A DNA stretch of 64,000 nucleotides from Saprospira grandis (GCF_027594745.1 NZ_CP110854.1:1244241-1308240); one strand, 5' to 3'. Counted from the first letter of the stretch, positions 45,827 through 56,434 are shown. Program-made: numbers and translations. Notes: generated from the letters alone by a model not told the origin.

Positions 45827-45990
45827 TTTTTGGGGCTGCCCCTCCTTTCAGTCGGGTCGGGCTGTGCCGCAGCTCGCAGGTCTGCTCGGCCCTGCGCTTT
45901 TTTCGCTTCGCTCAAAAAGCTGGGTCTGGCCTTCGGCCACTGCTATCCATCCCTCAGCCTGCGGCGGCTTCGCCGCCTGCTTGCCGCAAA
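45827..45990. repeat. GC-rich intergenic repeat family copy (type 1, forward)
   Basis: TTTTGGGGCTGCCCCTCCTTTCAGTCGGGTCGGGCTGTGCCGCAGCTCGCAGGTCTGCTCGGCCCTGCG...GGGTCTGGCCTTCGGCCACTGCTATCC...GCGGCGGCTTCGCCGCC. Confidence 0.8.
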
Positions 45991-45995
45991 AGGAC

Positions 45996-46184
45996 CTAAG
46001 GCAATCGTTTTTGTTGGCGCTTGAGTAGCATGCTCGCCACCCAAGTTAAGAGACCGCCCAAAATGGTTCCGACCAAGAAAGTGGCCACCCAATTATTGAA
46101 CAAGCCCAAATTATTGCCGATAAACAAAACAATTGTGGCAAAAAGGACCAAATAGAAAATCCGGAATGCGCCACTGTAAAACAT
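45996..46184 (-). CDS. Small membrane protein (62 aa, 2 TM)
   Basis: FRIFYLVLFATIVLFIGNNLGLF / LVGTILGGLLTWVASMLL. Stop of the upstream GH18-like gene is 6 bp away, suggesting co-transcription. Confidence 0.35.
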   Translation of the reverse strand: MFYSGAFRIFYLVLFATIVLFIGNNLGLFNNWVATFLVGTILGGLLTWVASMLLKRQQKRLP

Positions 46185-46190
46185 TACATC

Positions 46191-48173
46191 TCACACCTTC
46201 CAATCTAGTAAAGAGAAGGCAAAACCCACAGCCATAAAAAACAGCATGGCCAAAAGGGTCGAGAAGACTACGCCATTGGCTTTCTTAATTTGGTAGGCAA
46301 TCGTATAATGGATTTTATTGCTCTTAGCCACCTTATAGCGTTCAATTCGCTCCAATTTAGTATTCCAGATCTCTCTAGCGGCAAATTTTTCTTCTAAAGT
46401 TCGCCAAAGCTCGGTATAACCATGATCATAGCTGAGAGCCCAAACGGCCACCCCGCCCATTTTCTTTTCTAGCGCAAGGTCCATTTTTAGGCCCAAACTC
46501 GTAGAATTATCAAAGTAAATTTCTTTCAAGGGGTTGCCCAGAGTATCTACCAAAACGCCAATCATACTATTGTGCATTTTATCATAGCGCACCTTAAGGC
46601 GGTTGGCCCGGGCCAGATTCCGGATTTCAGAATAGGCCATATAGCCTTCAAAGCTCACGCCCTTATCGCCTTCTAGTGCCCAAACTGCACCATGATAAGG
46701 CAAGCCAAGGACCAAGCTCGTACTGTGCTTGGCTCCAATTTCCTGAACATAGCGGTCAATGGTTTCCTCCAGACTCTCTTCCAGACTATCCGATTCGGAG
46801 ATAATACCCTCTAGGCCAGAAAAAAGGTCAAATTCATGAATTTGAATGGTGTCCTGCTCCGGCTCAAACAAAAACATATTGATCGGATTGCGGGCCGCAT
46901 AATATTTGGCCAGCTCTGCCCGGCAGGCCGTTGCTTTTAGGGCTCGGCGCAAATAAGGATTGTCTCTTAAATCTTGAGTCGCTCGGATAATGCCCAAAAC
47001 GGTCCCCAAATCATAGGTATTATACTCCAGATTGGTAATTCCAGCTCTGAGGATATACATATTTAAGGTGTCGAGCAACTGCTTCTTATAGCTATCGGTA
47101 TGTAGTAGGTCAATGCTTTTAATTGCAGAAGAAGTGCGGAGCACCGAATCGAGGCTAATATTTTCTGAGTAGCTCATATAGCTACGCTTCCATTTGGCCT
47201 CTGGCTTGAGCAAGGGCGTTAGGGGCACCTTACTTACCCCTGTGGGGCGCAGATGAAAATTATAGGCAGAGACGATAAAAACGTCTACCCAATTTTGCAA
47301 AAAGCCTAGGTCATAGACCTTTTCGGGATCGCGTAGCGGCAAGCTCATCGCAATAGTAAAATTGGGGTTCTCTTCTCTTAGGGCAAAAGAAAGCTCTCGG
47401 ACAAAGTCCTGAAAATCGTCTTTATACTCAATAGGGAGTTCTTCAAAGTTAATTTCTACACCATCGCCACCTGCATAGTTGAGCACCGAAATAAGGCTAT
47501 CAATTAGGTTGCGTTGGACCACCTTGGCCGAGGTAAAAAAGATTTCGCTACGTTCTCCTCTATGGCAAGAAAGCGTCAGCATAGCTTTACAGCTATCTTT
47601 ATGAGCTGTTTTTACAAAGTCGCCATTTTTAAACTGATCAATAGCTTCAAAATCTTCATAACCGCCAGTAAAGGGGTTGAGCTTATAGGCGTAAAAAGCG
47701 GCATGAGTAAGCAGGCCAAAATTATAGTTATGAAACTTATCGCCAGCCCAGGCGGGATGCCAACCCCAAACCACTAAATTTTGTTTACTGTTAATCTGAG
47801 TAGACTGCACATAGACGGCAGGTTCTTGCTCATACATTTCGTCAGCGCCCAAAGGTTTTTCGTATCGAGAGTAGCGGCCCTTAGCCATTACCTTCCGATC
47901 AGTTTCCGTAGGCATTCCCCACCAATGGCGGGCTAGCGTTCTGAAACGGGTTTGGCTCAGCTCCAAGACCACCTTATTTTCAATAATGGTATCTTTCTCG
48001 CGCAGCTTTTCGAGTCGTTGCAAGCGCAACTCTGAAGAGTCCTCGGCTGTAGGTCTTAGGATTTGGGTGCCGTTTAGCTCACTACCATCTAGCTGTGCCA
48101 AGAGCGCAGTAGTTGCCCAGGCAGAACAGAAAAGGAGGAGAAAAACGGTCCGTATATGAGTCCAGATCAACAT
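46191..48173 (-). CDS. Glycoside hydrolase family 18-like domain protein with a C-terminal membrane anchor (paralog A)
   Basis: Signal peptide. GH18-like motifs VVWGWHPAWAGD, GGDGVEINFEE (variant of the DGxDxDxE catalytic motif with the middle Asp changed to Glu), GGVAVWALSYDHGY. C-terminal TM helix LLAMLFFMAVGFAFSLL. Confidence 0.55.
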   Translation of the reverse strand: MLIWTHIRTVFLLLFCSAWATTALLAQLDGSELNGTQILRPTAEDSSELRLQRLEKLREKDTIIENKVVLELSQTRFRTLARHWWGMPTETDRKVMAKGRYSRYEKPLGADEMYEQEPAVYVQSTQINSKQNLVVWGWHPAWAGDKFHNYNFGLLTHAAFYAYKLNPFTGGYEDFEAIDQFKNGDFVKTAHKDSCKAMLTLSCHRGERSEIFFTSAKVVQRNLIDSLISVLNYAGGDGVEINFEELPIEYKDDFQDFVRELSFALREENPNFTIAMSLPLRDPEKVYDLGFLQNWVDVFIVSAYNFHLRPTGVSKVPLTPLLKPEAKWKRSYMSYSENISLDSVLRTSSAIKSIDLLHTDSYKKQLLDTLNMYILRAGITNLEYNTYDLGTVLGIIRATQDLRDNPYLRRALKATACRAELAKYYAARNPINMFLFEPEQDTIQIHEFDLFSGLEGIISESDSLEESLEETIDRYVQEIGAKHSTSLVLGLPYHGAVWALEGDKGVSFEGYMAYSEIRNLARANRLKVRYDKMHNSMIGVLVDTLGNPLKEIYFDNSTSLGLKMDLALEKKMGGVAVWALSYDHGYTELWRTLEEKFAAREIWNTKLERIERYKVAKSNKIHYTIAYQIKKANGVVFSTLLAMLFFMAVGFAFSLLDWKV

Positions 48174-48218
48174 AAGTCTTAGGAATAAAATCGTCTGAAT
48201 AAGAAATTGGGGTCTACA

Positions 48219-50105
48219 TTAAGGGGCTTTAGCTTGCTGCTTATCCACCAGATAGATCACGCCATAAGTAAAGAAGCCGCCAATCACAAGGCCGAGCAAC
48301 AAAATAGAAGCGCCACCACGGAATAGGCCATAATAAGAGCCCACCATAAGCAATAGTGCCGAGAACCAGCCCAAGTAGATCATTCTAAAACGACCATTGG
48401 CAAATAGGGCTCTACGCACCTGCTTATTAAAGAGGGCCATGCAAAAGCCTGCAGAGGCAAAAATGGCCCAAAAGAGCAAAACCGCTAAAAGGGTAGCCCC
48501 CCAGCTTCTGGCTGCTTTACTGGCTGCGCCTAGCTTTTCATAAGATTCTAGTTTGGGCATTTCTATGGTCGTAAACTCTGAAGAGAGGGTATTCCATACA
48601 TTATAATAGCCCAAATCGTAGCCCAATGGCCAAACTCCTACGCCAGCCAAGCCCATATCATTGATAAATTGATATTTGAGGCGAAGCGTACGCACATCAT
48701 CATAGTAGAGTTCGGTACGTTCTATATCGTCAATTTGTAGGGCGCCCCCTACTTTCTTAAAGATCGTATCTTCTTTGGCCCAAACATAAGAGTAGTAGTT
48801 AGAGTCAATGCCCACGGCCGTACTATCTCGCATCACAAAATCATTTTGGATTTTGCTATAGGGCACATAGCCTTCTAGATCAAAGCCACGGTTACTACTT
48901 TTCCAGAGTGTTCCATAGTTAGGGAGGGCCAAAATGAGTCGGTTGGCCGCATCTCGACCAATAGAGGCAATATAATGCTCTACCGATGAGCGAATATCTT
49001 CTTCGCCAGAAGCGGCAGTAAAGTTAAGCGGTGCCCCAGGTTTCTTAATAATTTCGCCCGTTTTGGGGTCATTGTGGTAATCTACGGCCTTAATGATAAA
49101 GAAATCGACATGTTCCTTCATTTTGCCCAGATTAAATACCCCTTCAATATCTACAGCTGGAACGCTCATACAAACCGCTAGATCTGGCGAAACGGCCCTT
49201 AGCGTAAAAGAGAGTTGTCGAACAAACTTCATGAACTCTATCTGGGCTAAGGCGGGCACATTCTCAAAGTTAATCTCTACCCCATCGGCCTTAGAGGTGT
49301 CCATCAGGTAGACAATATTATCAATGAGATTTTGCCTTTGCTTGGCATTTTCGGGAGCCAAAAAGAAGGCATTGTTATCATAGCTATGGCTCGTAATACT
49401 AAGCAGCACCTTACAGTCTTTGGCATGAGCGGTGGGCACAATGCCATTATCGGGATCATCGCCCCCCAAAAAGTCATGAATAACGGTAGAGTCTAGCGCT
49501 TCTCCAGTATAGGGGTCAATATCGTAGCCATAATAGGCAATGGCCGAAAGCAGGCCATAGTCATAAGTTTTATAGGCGTTGCCATTAAAGTGTGCATGCC
49601 AGCCAAAAACAGTGACAAACTGGCTAGCTGTTCCTTTAACTAATTTGGGCACTCGAAACTCAGAGCTATCGATAGCACTAATAGAATCTCTTTGGCGCTC
49701 AAACTTGAGTTTAGCGGCTAGGTCGGCATCGCTAGGGGTCATCCACCATTGGGTCAAAAGGTCGATAAAACGCTCTTTGTTGTTGGGGTTTTCAATCTCC
49801 CGTTTTGCGTTTTCATCCTCAATCAGTTCTTCTAAGGTAGGGTCATATTCCCGCTCAAAATCTTCTTTTTTGAAAGAGGGCAACTTTTTATACTCATCTG
49901 ATTTGGTCCGATAAGCATTTTTGACCGTTGTTTTTCGGCTTTCAAACTCATCGCGCAGGGCCCGAGTGGCTTTTTTCTCTAGGGCGTTGCCTCCGCCTTT
50001 TTTGGCGGTTTGGATGGCAATACGGCTTTGGCCCCAGCTATTGCTTGCCAAAAACAAGCAACTAATCAGGAGCATTTTAGCCGTTATATGAATGAAAATT
50101 CGCAT
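48219..50105 (-). CDS. Glycoside hydrolase family 18-like domain protein with C-terminal membrane anchors (paralog B)
   Basis: VTVFGWHAHFNGN, KADGVEINFEN, GLAGVGVWPLGYDLGY. 3-4 C-terminal hydrophobic helices. Collinear with paralog A. Confidence 0.55.
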   Translation of the reverse strand: MRIFIHITAKMLLISCLFLASNSWGQSRIAIQTAKKGGGNALEKKATRALRDEFESRKTTVKNAYRTKSDEYKKLPSFKKEDFEREYDPTLEELIEDENAKREIENPNNKERFIDLLTQWWMTPSDADLAAKLKFERQRDSISAIDSSEFRVPKLVKGTASQFVTVFGWHAHFNGNAYKTYDYGLLSAIAYYGYDIDPYTGEALDSTVIHDFLGGDDPDNGIVPTAHAKDCKVLLSITSHSYDNNAFFLAPENAKQRQNLIDNIVYLMDTSKADGVEINFENVPALAQIEFMKFVRQLSFTLRAVSPDLAVCMSVPAVDIEGVFNLGKMKEHVDFFIIKAVDYHNDPKTGEIIKKPGAPLNFTAASGEEDIRSSVEHYIASIGRDAANRLILALPNYGTLWKSSNRGFDLEGYVPYSKIQNDFVMRDSTAVGIDSNYYSYVWAKEDTIFKKVGGALQIDDIERTELYYDDVRTLRLKYQFINDMGLAGVGVWPLGYDLGYYNVWNTLSSEFTTIEMPKLESYEKLGAASKAARSWGATLLAVLLFWAIFASAGFCMALFNKQVRRALFANGRFRMIYLGWFSALLLMVGSYYGLFRGGASILLLGLVIGGFFTYGVIYLVDKQQAKAP

Positions 50106-50142
50106 TTGATTCTGCTTTTCAAATTCTCAATGGGGTGTATAG

Positions 50143-51183
50143 CTAGCCTTCTTCGGCCTTGAATACGGGAATCTTTTTCTGCAAAAAGATTTCTTGTACC
50201 CGTTCTCGCTTGATAATCTCCAAGATTTCGGCTCGTTTGAGTTGAAACTTGGCCACCTTGATATAGACCCGGACTCCCGTTACCGTATTGAGGTTTCTGA
50301 AGCACATTTTGAGCTGCTTATAGGTACCCGCTTTATAGGCGGGAATCACGCCAAAAGGAGGCGGATTGAGGCCCTGCGTTCCTACATAATTATCATTAGC
50401 TCGGGGGTCTTTAAAGTCGTATCGGAGGTTTCGGGCCAAAGAGTTGTTGGCCATAGGGAGGGTTTCGGTTAGGCCTAGGCCGTAGGCCATTAGGGGCTCA
50501 GACACCTCGGCGGAAATCCAGCTAAGCTTAGGGTTGGCCTTTAGGTTTTGGTATTCTTGATGGGTCTTATCGCCAATGCCGATCCAGTAGACGGCATATT
50601 GATAATCGCCATCGAGTAAGGCTTCGGTGATACAGCTGTCGGCTAGCGATTGATAATCGAGGGCGGGCTGTAGGTCCAGCTGAATTTCAGTAATATCTGG
50701 ATAGGGAATAGTATCGGGATAGGCGGTGCGCATGGTATCAATAGAGGTCGTGACCATGACATCATCTAGGACCAGAGAGTCTTGGAAAGACATGGCTGGA
50801 AATTTATAGATTTGCATCCGAAAGGTCCGGCCCAATAGTCCTCTATTTTTCATCACGAAGTTATGGGTTCCGTCTTTAGAGGCCATAAAAGACTCTCGTT
50901 CTAGGCTGCGCACTTTTTTCATACGCATTTTAAATTGGGTACCGGGCAGTTCTACGATGAGGCGGCCCAATTTACGGGCCCCAATAGTCTGCATATCGAT
51001 AACTATTTGCTCTCCTTGTTTGAGGTCGTAGGAAAGCACCTTTTTTTTCCAGGCGCCCAATTCTACGAGTTCATCAAAGAGGACAATTCGTTCGTCGTAG
51101 GAGTTTTGGGCCTGTAGGGGGCTATATAGCAGGCATAATAATAGGGCAAACCACTGCCAATGCAGCTTTTTGGGTATTCTCAT
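50143..51183 (-). CDS. Hypothetical secreted protein
   Basis: Probable start ATG at 51183 (MRIPKKLHWQWFALLLCLLYSPLQAQ). No domain recognised. Confidence 0.45.
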   Translation of the reverse strand: MRIPKKLHWQWFALLLCLLYSPLQAQNSYDERIVLFDELVELGAWKKKVLSYDLKQGEQIVIDMQTIGARKLGRLIVELPGTQFKMRMKKVRSLERESFMASKDGTHNFVMKNRGLLGRTFRMQIYKFPAMSFQDSLVLDDVMVTTSIDTMRTAYPDTIPYPDITEIQLDLQPALDYQSLADSCITEALLDGDYQYAVYWIGIGDKTHQEYQNLKANPKLSWISAEVSEPLMAYGLGLTETLPMANNSLARNLRYDFKDPRANDNYVGTQGLNPPPFGVIPAYKAGTYKQLKMCFRNLNTVTGVRVYIKVAKFQLKRAEILEIIKRERVQEIFLQKKIPVFKAEEG

Positions 51184-51384
51184 ATATCCGTAGCATCTAA
51201 GGTTCTGAAGCAAATTTGGCAATTAAAAGTATAGTGTGTGGGCCAAAATCTGCTAGTACAAGCCCAAATTAAAGCTTTTTTCAAAATTAACCTTAAAATT
51301 CTAGGGCCTTTTCTAAACAAAACCTTAAAGGTCCATCAATCGTCTACCTTTCAAAGTTTTAGGGCCAAATGTTTTCTGGATTTT

Positions 51385-51914
51385 CTTTTGGGGCTGCCCC
51401 AGCCTTTGGCTGGGTCGGGCTGTGTCGCAGCTCGCAGGTCTGCTCGGCCCTGCGGCGGCTTTGCCGCCTGGGTCTGGCCTAAGGGCCACTGCTTTCCATC
51501 CCTCAGCCGAGGCGCTGCGCGCCTTGGCAGGCGGCTTTGCCGCCTGCTATATGGAGGGCTGAGGCCCGGAGGGCCGAAGGCTATGCAACTAGTGTTGGCC
51601 CCCAAGGCCAACGCTAGCTGCCCCCAGGCGGAGGCGGCTTTGGAGGGCCTTTTGCCTAAAATGGAATATATTGAGGGCCAAATTTAAATTCAAGCAGAGA
51701 AGAAAATGGCCAGCCGCCTACCGCCGGCCGGGTCAAATCAGCCCGCAGGGCTGTCTGAACAAAATGCCATTTTGCAGCGGCAAAGCCGCTGCAAGGGCCT
51801 AGCGCTGTGGAGGGGTGGCCGCAGGCCAGACCAAGGAGCGAAGCGACGCAGGGCCGAGCAGACCTGCGAGCCCCGAAACATAGCGCCGCAGCAAAGCTGC
51901 GGAGGCCCCAAAAG
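51385..51914. repeat. Composite repeat block (left arm of a ~530-bp inverted repeat pair)
   Basis: Type-1 copy (TTTTGGGGCTGCCCCAGCCTTTGGCTGGGTCGGGCTGTGTCGCAGCTCGCAGGTCTGCTCGGCCCTGCG...), then a unique ~130-bp segment (..GAGGGCTGAGGCCCGGAGGGCCGAAGGCTATGCAACTAGTGTTGGCCCCCAAGGCCAACGCTAGCTGCCCCCAGGCGGAGGCGGCTTTGGAGGGCC...), then a reverse type-2 copy. The reverse complement matches 56811..57320 at ~90-95% identity. Confidence 0.75.
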
Positions 51915-51980
51915 AAAAAAGTCTAGCCCTTAAAAGAGCTAGACCATTTTTAGCGCATCAAACGCAATGGGGATAATAAA

Positions 51981-54668
51981 TTAGTGCTGGATGACCAGTT
52001 TTTGGCTCTTAATGAGCTCTCCAGCCTTATTGCGGAGCAAAACCACATAATGGCCATTGGTCCAAGACTGAATATTAAGCTCTAGGCTTCCTTCTGTAGG
52101 CAATCCTTGACGCTGGAACAAAGGCTTACCTTCCAAATTGAGCACCTCCACTTGTAGGTCGCTCTCAGAGGCCGCAGCAAAACGCATTTGAAGCATAGTT
52201 GCAGCAGGATTGGGGTTCACCAAAAGATAATTGCCCGTAGTAAAGGTAAATCCACCACGGTCGGGCAAGGTAGTAGAACCACCAGCATCACAATCCTGAA
52301 TCAATTGGATATTGCCCAAGCACTCCTGCTGACAGCCATTGGCATCAATCAGTTGGTAGGTGTACTGACCAGCTGCCAAGCCCGTAAACTGGCCGCTATT
52401 GTTATTCACTACAGTTTGCGTAGTCAAATTAGCCAAGCTAATTTGGAAAGGAGCCGTTCCGCCACTGAGGCCCAACTGCAAGCTTCCGTCATTATTATCG
52501 CAGCCAGGCTCTTGGCTACTTACAATAGACAAGCTGATAGGATCGGGCTCTACTACGGTTACTTGTGTTTGTTCGGTACAACCATTTTGGTCCACCACCT
52601 CTACGGTATAAGTACCTGCACAAAGCTGATCGATTTGATCTGTTGTGGCGCCATTGCTCCAACTATAGCTATAGCCAGCACTACCCGTAGCCACTACGGT
52701 AGCAGTTCCGTCGCAATCGCCAGCACAGCTTACCGTTGTTGCGGTAGAAGTAAGGCTAAAGCCAGGCGTGCCCATCAAGACAAAAGTGGTGTCATAAGAG
52801 CAACCATTGGCATCTGTAAGAGAAAGCTGGTACGTTCCTGCGGCCAATCCAGTAAGTGGGGCATTAACGGCAACCATTTGACCATTTGACGTTAGGGTAT
52901 AAGGGGCCGTTCCACCATCTACATTTAGACTGATGCTTCCGTTATTTTGGCCACAGCTAGGCGCTCTAAGCCCTGTAAAGTAAAGGTCTAGAGGTTCTGG
53001 GCTCATAACTTCTACAGGTTCCACATAAGAACAGCCGTTGGCATCTAGCACCACCACTTGGTAATTGCCCGCTGCCAATTGGTCAAACTGTGGACTTGTA
53101 GAGAAATTGCCTCCAATAGAATAGATATAGGGAGCTGTTCCACCACTAGCCATGATATGGATACTTCCGCCATTTCCGGCAGTCGCACAAAGTTGATTTT
53201 CTACATCAACTTGAGCATTTAGGGGTTGAACTTGGCCATCAATTTCAAAAGAGAGGCTAGAGCAATTGGGTTCACAACCATTTACATCTTCTACCCAAAT
53301 GCCATATTGGCCAGCAGTAAGATTGACAAAAACGCCAGAATTATTTTGGAAAAGCTCTCCAGTGGTCCAGTTAATCACAGAATACTGATAAGGAGCGCTG
53401 CCGCCTGTTGCGTTAATAATCGCTTGGCCATCGTTGGTTGTACAGGCCAAATCTTGAGTAGCGTCTAGGCTCACATTTATGCCAGCACAGTTGCCGCCAC
53501 CGCCAGTAGTTCCGCCTACTACATTAATAGAATAGGTATAGGTGTTTTGGCCCACCAAAGGACAGGCATCATCATGAACATTGAGGGTAAAGCTATGAAA
53601 ACCTACATCAGCTGCTGTAGGCGTCCAGCAAAACAAGCCATTTTGGAAAGGAAAGCCAGAAGTGGTAAAGACCGCTGCGGGAATTGCTCCATTATAGCTA
53701 ACAAAGGTATGTTGTCCAGAATCGGGGTCATTAGAGAAGACCTCAAAGCAAAGTTGCTGACCAACGATGATTGTCGTATCAAAAACTTGGCTACCGTTCA
53801 TTCCAGTCAATGTGGGCGCCTGATTTTGGCATTGCACCACCGTAAACTGAATATCACGGACAATCTCTCCGATTTTTTGGCCATTTCTAAACTCTTCGAC
53901 CAAAACACAGAGTACGCCCACCTGCACCGTAGAAGGCACAAAGCTAATCGCTCCAGTCGCAGGGTCAATGTTTACTCCATTTTGGGTAAGCAAAGGAGAG
54001 CTTGCTGAAATACCCTGAGCCGCATCATAAGTGACGGGGACATTAGCGGCATCATAGCAATCCGTTAGTGAATAGCGCAAAGAATCGCCATCTACATCCA
54101 TTGCTCCATGATTATAAAAAACCGACTGTCCTACACAGGCAAAAGGCGTAGGATTATTTAAAAAGGTAGGCGAGTTATTACAATTGCTCAAGGCAGTATT
54201 CAACTCCGTTTCAATATACATCATATTGGAGCCAGGCATAGTGAGCGTTGTAATTGCATTATTGCGACAACAAAGGCTCCAGCTAGCGGTCCAGTCGGTA
54301 CAAGTTGTGGGTAGCGTAACTACTGTTTCATAAGTATATTTTTCAATTCCATAAATACCGCCGCCGCCATTACAGGCCGTTCCCACAATACCCGGACAAG
54401 AGGGCGTAATTTCTACTACTCCTGCCTGCATCAAGGTACTACTGATTGTTCCACAATTGGGCGAGCTCAGCTCTAAGGTGTAGCTATTGGCGGCATTGAT
54501 TCCATTACAATCTCTATAAAATTGTAGGCTAAACTTATATTGTCCATTACCTAAACAGACATAAGTCAAATCTGCCCCCATAGCATGCGTGGCCTTAGCT
54601 TCTTGAGAGGAAAAACCCAACAACAGAAGCAGAAAGAACAGGCCCGTTCTTAGCATAGATGTTTGCAT
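51981..54668 (-). CDS. SprB-repeat cell-surface protein with a T9SS C-terminal sorting domain
   Basis: 895 aa with signal peptide. At least five SprB-type repeats (GGSAPYQYS...GQYGIWVEDVNGCE, GGTAPYIYS..GNYQVVVLDANGCS, GGTAPYTLTS..GTYQLSLTDANGCS, YSYSWSNGATTDQI..CAGTYTVEVVDQNGCT, GGTAPFQIS..GQYTYQLIDANGCQ). C-terminal CTD ..LELNIQSWTNGHYVVLLRNKAGELIKSQKLVIQH. Confidence 0.75.
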   Translation of the reverse strand: MQTSMLRTGLFFLLLLLGFSSQEAKATHAMGADLTYVCLGNGQYKFSLQFYRDCNGINAANSYTLELSSPNCGTISSTLMQAGVVEITPSCPGIVGTACNGGGGIYGIEKYTYETVVTLPTTCTDWTASWSLCCRNNAITTLTMPGSNMMYIETELNTALSNCNNSPTFLNNPTPFACVGQSVFYNHGAMDVDGDSLRYSLTDCYDAANVPVTYDAAQGISASSPLLTQNGVNIDPATGAISFVPSTVQVGVLCVLVEEFRNGQKIGEIVRDIQFTVVQCQNQAPTLTGMNGSQVFDTTIIVGQQLCFEVFSNDPDSGQHTFVSYNGAIPAAVFTTSGFPFQNGLFCWTPTAADVGFHSFTLNVHDDACPLVGQNTYTYSINVVGGTTGGGGNCAGINVSLDATQDLACTTNDGQAIINATGGSAPYQYSVINWTTGELFQNNSGVFVNLTAGQYGIWVEDVNGCEPNCSSLSFEIDGQVQPLNAQVDVENQLCATAGNGGSIHIMASGGTAPYIYSIGGNFSTSPQFDQLAAGNYQVVVLDANGCSYVEPVEVMSPEPLDLYFTGLRAPSCGQNNGSISLNVDGGTAPYTLTSNGQMVAVNAPLTGLAAGTYQLSLTDANGCSYDTTFVLMGTPGFSLTSTATTVSCAGDCDGTATVVATGSAGYSYSWSNGATTDQIDQLCAGTYTVEVVDQNGCTEQTQVTVVEPDPISLSIVSSQEPGCDNNDGSLQLGLSGGTAPFQISLANLTTQTVVNNNSGQFTGLAAGQYTYQLIDANGCQQECLGNIQLIQDCDAGGSTTLPDRGGFTFTTGNYLLVNPNPAATMLQMRFAAASESDLQVEVLNLEGKPLFQRQGLPTEGSLELNIQSWTNGHYVVLLRNKAGELIKSQKLVIQH

Positions 54669-55448
54669 AATAATTTGGTTTTAATGCGTTTGATGATCTG
54701 TTAAGATAACGGTTTGTTAAGATATTTGGCTGCTTTAGTAAAATATAATTCCTTATTTAGGAGAGTAGTTGTTCAATAAATTAACATTCGTTAAAGTCAG
54801 TAATTTCCTGGGAGATATTTTTAGAAGCCTCTACATTGTGTTCCTAATCACAGTACCCCCTCCACTGATGAAAAACGTAAATAACATACAGCCCAAAAAG
54901 TCTGCATTCTCCTGCCTAGGACGAATGCTTTTGCTGTTGTTATTTCTCTTTAATGCTGGACTGGGCTTTGCTGCGCAGCCTATTCAACAAGAAGACCATC
55001 AGTTGAGCTTTCATAAGAAGTTTAGCAGTGACTGGCAGCAACATTTATATGATTTCGATGGCGAGGAAAAAGACGCCAATGAAGAAGAAGTAGACAGCCA
55101 AGAAGCTGAAGAATTAAAACAGCTCTTGCTTTGGTCTAAAGACTTTCTTCCCTCCTTTTCTAGATGGTCTCCTCCCCTCCCCTCTTTCCACTGTTTTTTC
55201 ATTTCCAAGCCGCATCCTTCTGCTTGCCGCTTTCGGCCCAATACCGAGGCCCAAAAGCAGCAAAAGCTCTATTTGCTCTTGCACTCCCTTAAATTAGATT
55301 TGGCTTAAGTCCATCTGCGCTATTGCACAGATGAGCAGTTCTATTGATGTACAGTTAGCTGTACATCCAATAACCTATTTCCTTTCTTTATTGCTAAAGA
55401 TTGGGCAGCCCCCTCCTTGTCCAATACTTAGACTTAAGCCTCCTAGTC

Positions 55449-56432
55449 ATGAATTTTCTTTTCGATATGTCTATGGTGACAGGTAATATCCTCTCGCCTC
55501 CCGTTCTTTTCTTCTTTTTGGGCCTTATTGCTGTAGCCCTCAAATCTGATCTCGAAATTCCGCAACCGCTACCCAAGCTCTTTTCCCTCTATCTTTTGAT
55601 GGATATTGGTCTACATGGTGGGCACGAGCTTTATCATAGTGGTTTTTCTTGGGAATTGGTCACGGTCCTTGGCGCCTGCTTTCTGATGGCCTCTATTGTC
55701 CCTATTTATAGCTTTTTTATTCTTAAAGCTCGCTTTGGAGCCGCCGATGCAGCCGCTGTTGCCGCTACCTTTGGTTCTATTAGTGCCGTGACCTTTATTA
55801 CCGGAATTTCTTTTCTAGAAAGCCAAGAAGTAGCCTATAAGGGATATATGGTAGCGGGTATGGCCCTAATGGAATCACCCGCCATTATTATTGGAGTCTT
55901 GCTCTATAATATTTATGGCAAAAAAGAGCAGAAGACAAAAAAGAAGACCAATTGGGGACATATTCTCCGCGATGCCTTTTTTAATGGCTCTATTATGCTA
56001 TTAGTCGGGGCCCTACTCATCGGTATCCTTTCTGGAGATAAGGGCTGGCACGACTTCCAACCCTTTGATAGCATCTTTAAAGGGATGCTCTGTTTCTACT
56101 TGCTCGATAATGGTATTGTGGCCGCCAGACGCCTAAAAGCTTTGCGCGGAAACCTAGGGTTTTTGCTTTCTTTCAGTATCCTGATGCCTTTGTTTAACGC
56201 CGCTTTGGGCATAGGTATCGCCTACCTCATTGGCCTAAGCAAAGGAAATGCGCTGCTTTTCTGTCTTCTCACTGCTAGTGCTTCTTATATCGCCGTTCCT
56301 GCGGCTATGCGCTTGGCTATCCCCAAATCTAATCCTGCCTTTACGGTTCCTGTGGCCCTAGGTATTGTTTTCCCTTTCAACGTAATTGTAGGCATTCCGC
56401 TCTACTATTATATCATCCAACAAATTCTCTAA
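55449..56432 (+). CDS. sbtA: SbtA-family (DUF897) sodium-dependent bicarbonate transporter-like permease
   Basis: ~10 TM protein starting MNFLFDMSMVTGNILSPPVLFFFLGLIAVALKSDLEIPQP..LSLYLLMDIGLHGG, typical of the SbtA family. Followed 2 bp later by a PII-like gene, the conserved sbtA-sbtB pairing. Start taken at the ATG at 55449; the track uses TTG at 55401. Confidence 0.65.
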   Translation: MNFLFDMSMVTGNILSPPVLFFFLGLIAVALKSDLEIPQPLPKLFSLYLLMDIGLHGGHELYHSGFSWELVTVLGACFLMASIVPIYSFFILKARFGAADAAAVAATFGSISAVTFITGISFLESQEVAYKGYMVAGMALMESPAIIIGVLLYNIYGKKEQKTKKKTNWGHILRDAFFNGSIMLLVGALLIGILSGDKGWHDFQPFDSIFKGMLCFYLLDNGIVAARRLKALRGNLGFLLSFSILMPLFNAALGIGIAYLIGLSKGNALLFCLLTASASYIAVPAAMRLAIPKSNPAFTVPVALGIVFPFNVIVGIPLYYYIIQQIL

Positions 56433-56434
56433 TT

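Noticed and set aside
54769-55308. 179-aa ORF between the SprB-like gene and sbtA.
   Set aside because: It is low-complexity (poly-Leu, Ser/Pro-rich, repeated E/K) with no recognisable domain and sits in a promoter-like AT-rich spacer. It may be a small secreted protein starting at MKNVNN..., but the evidence is too weak to annotate.
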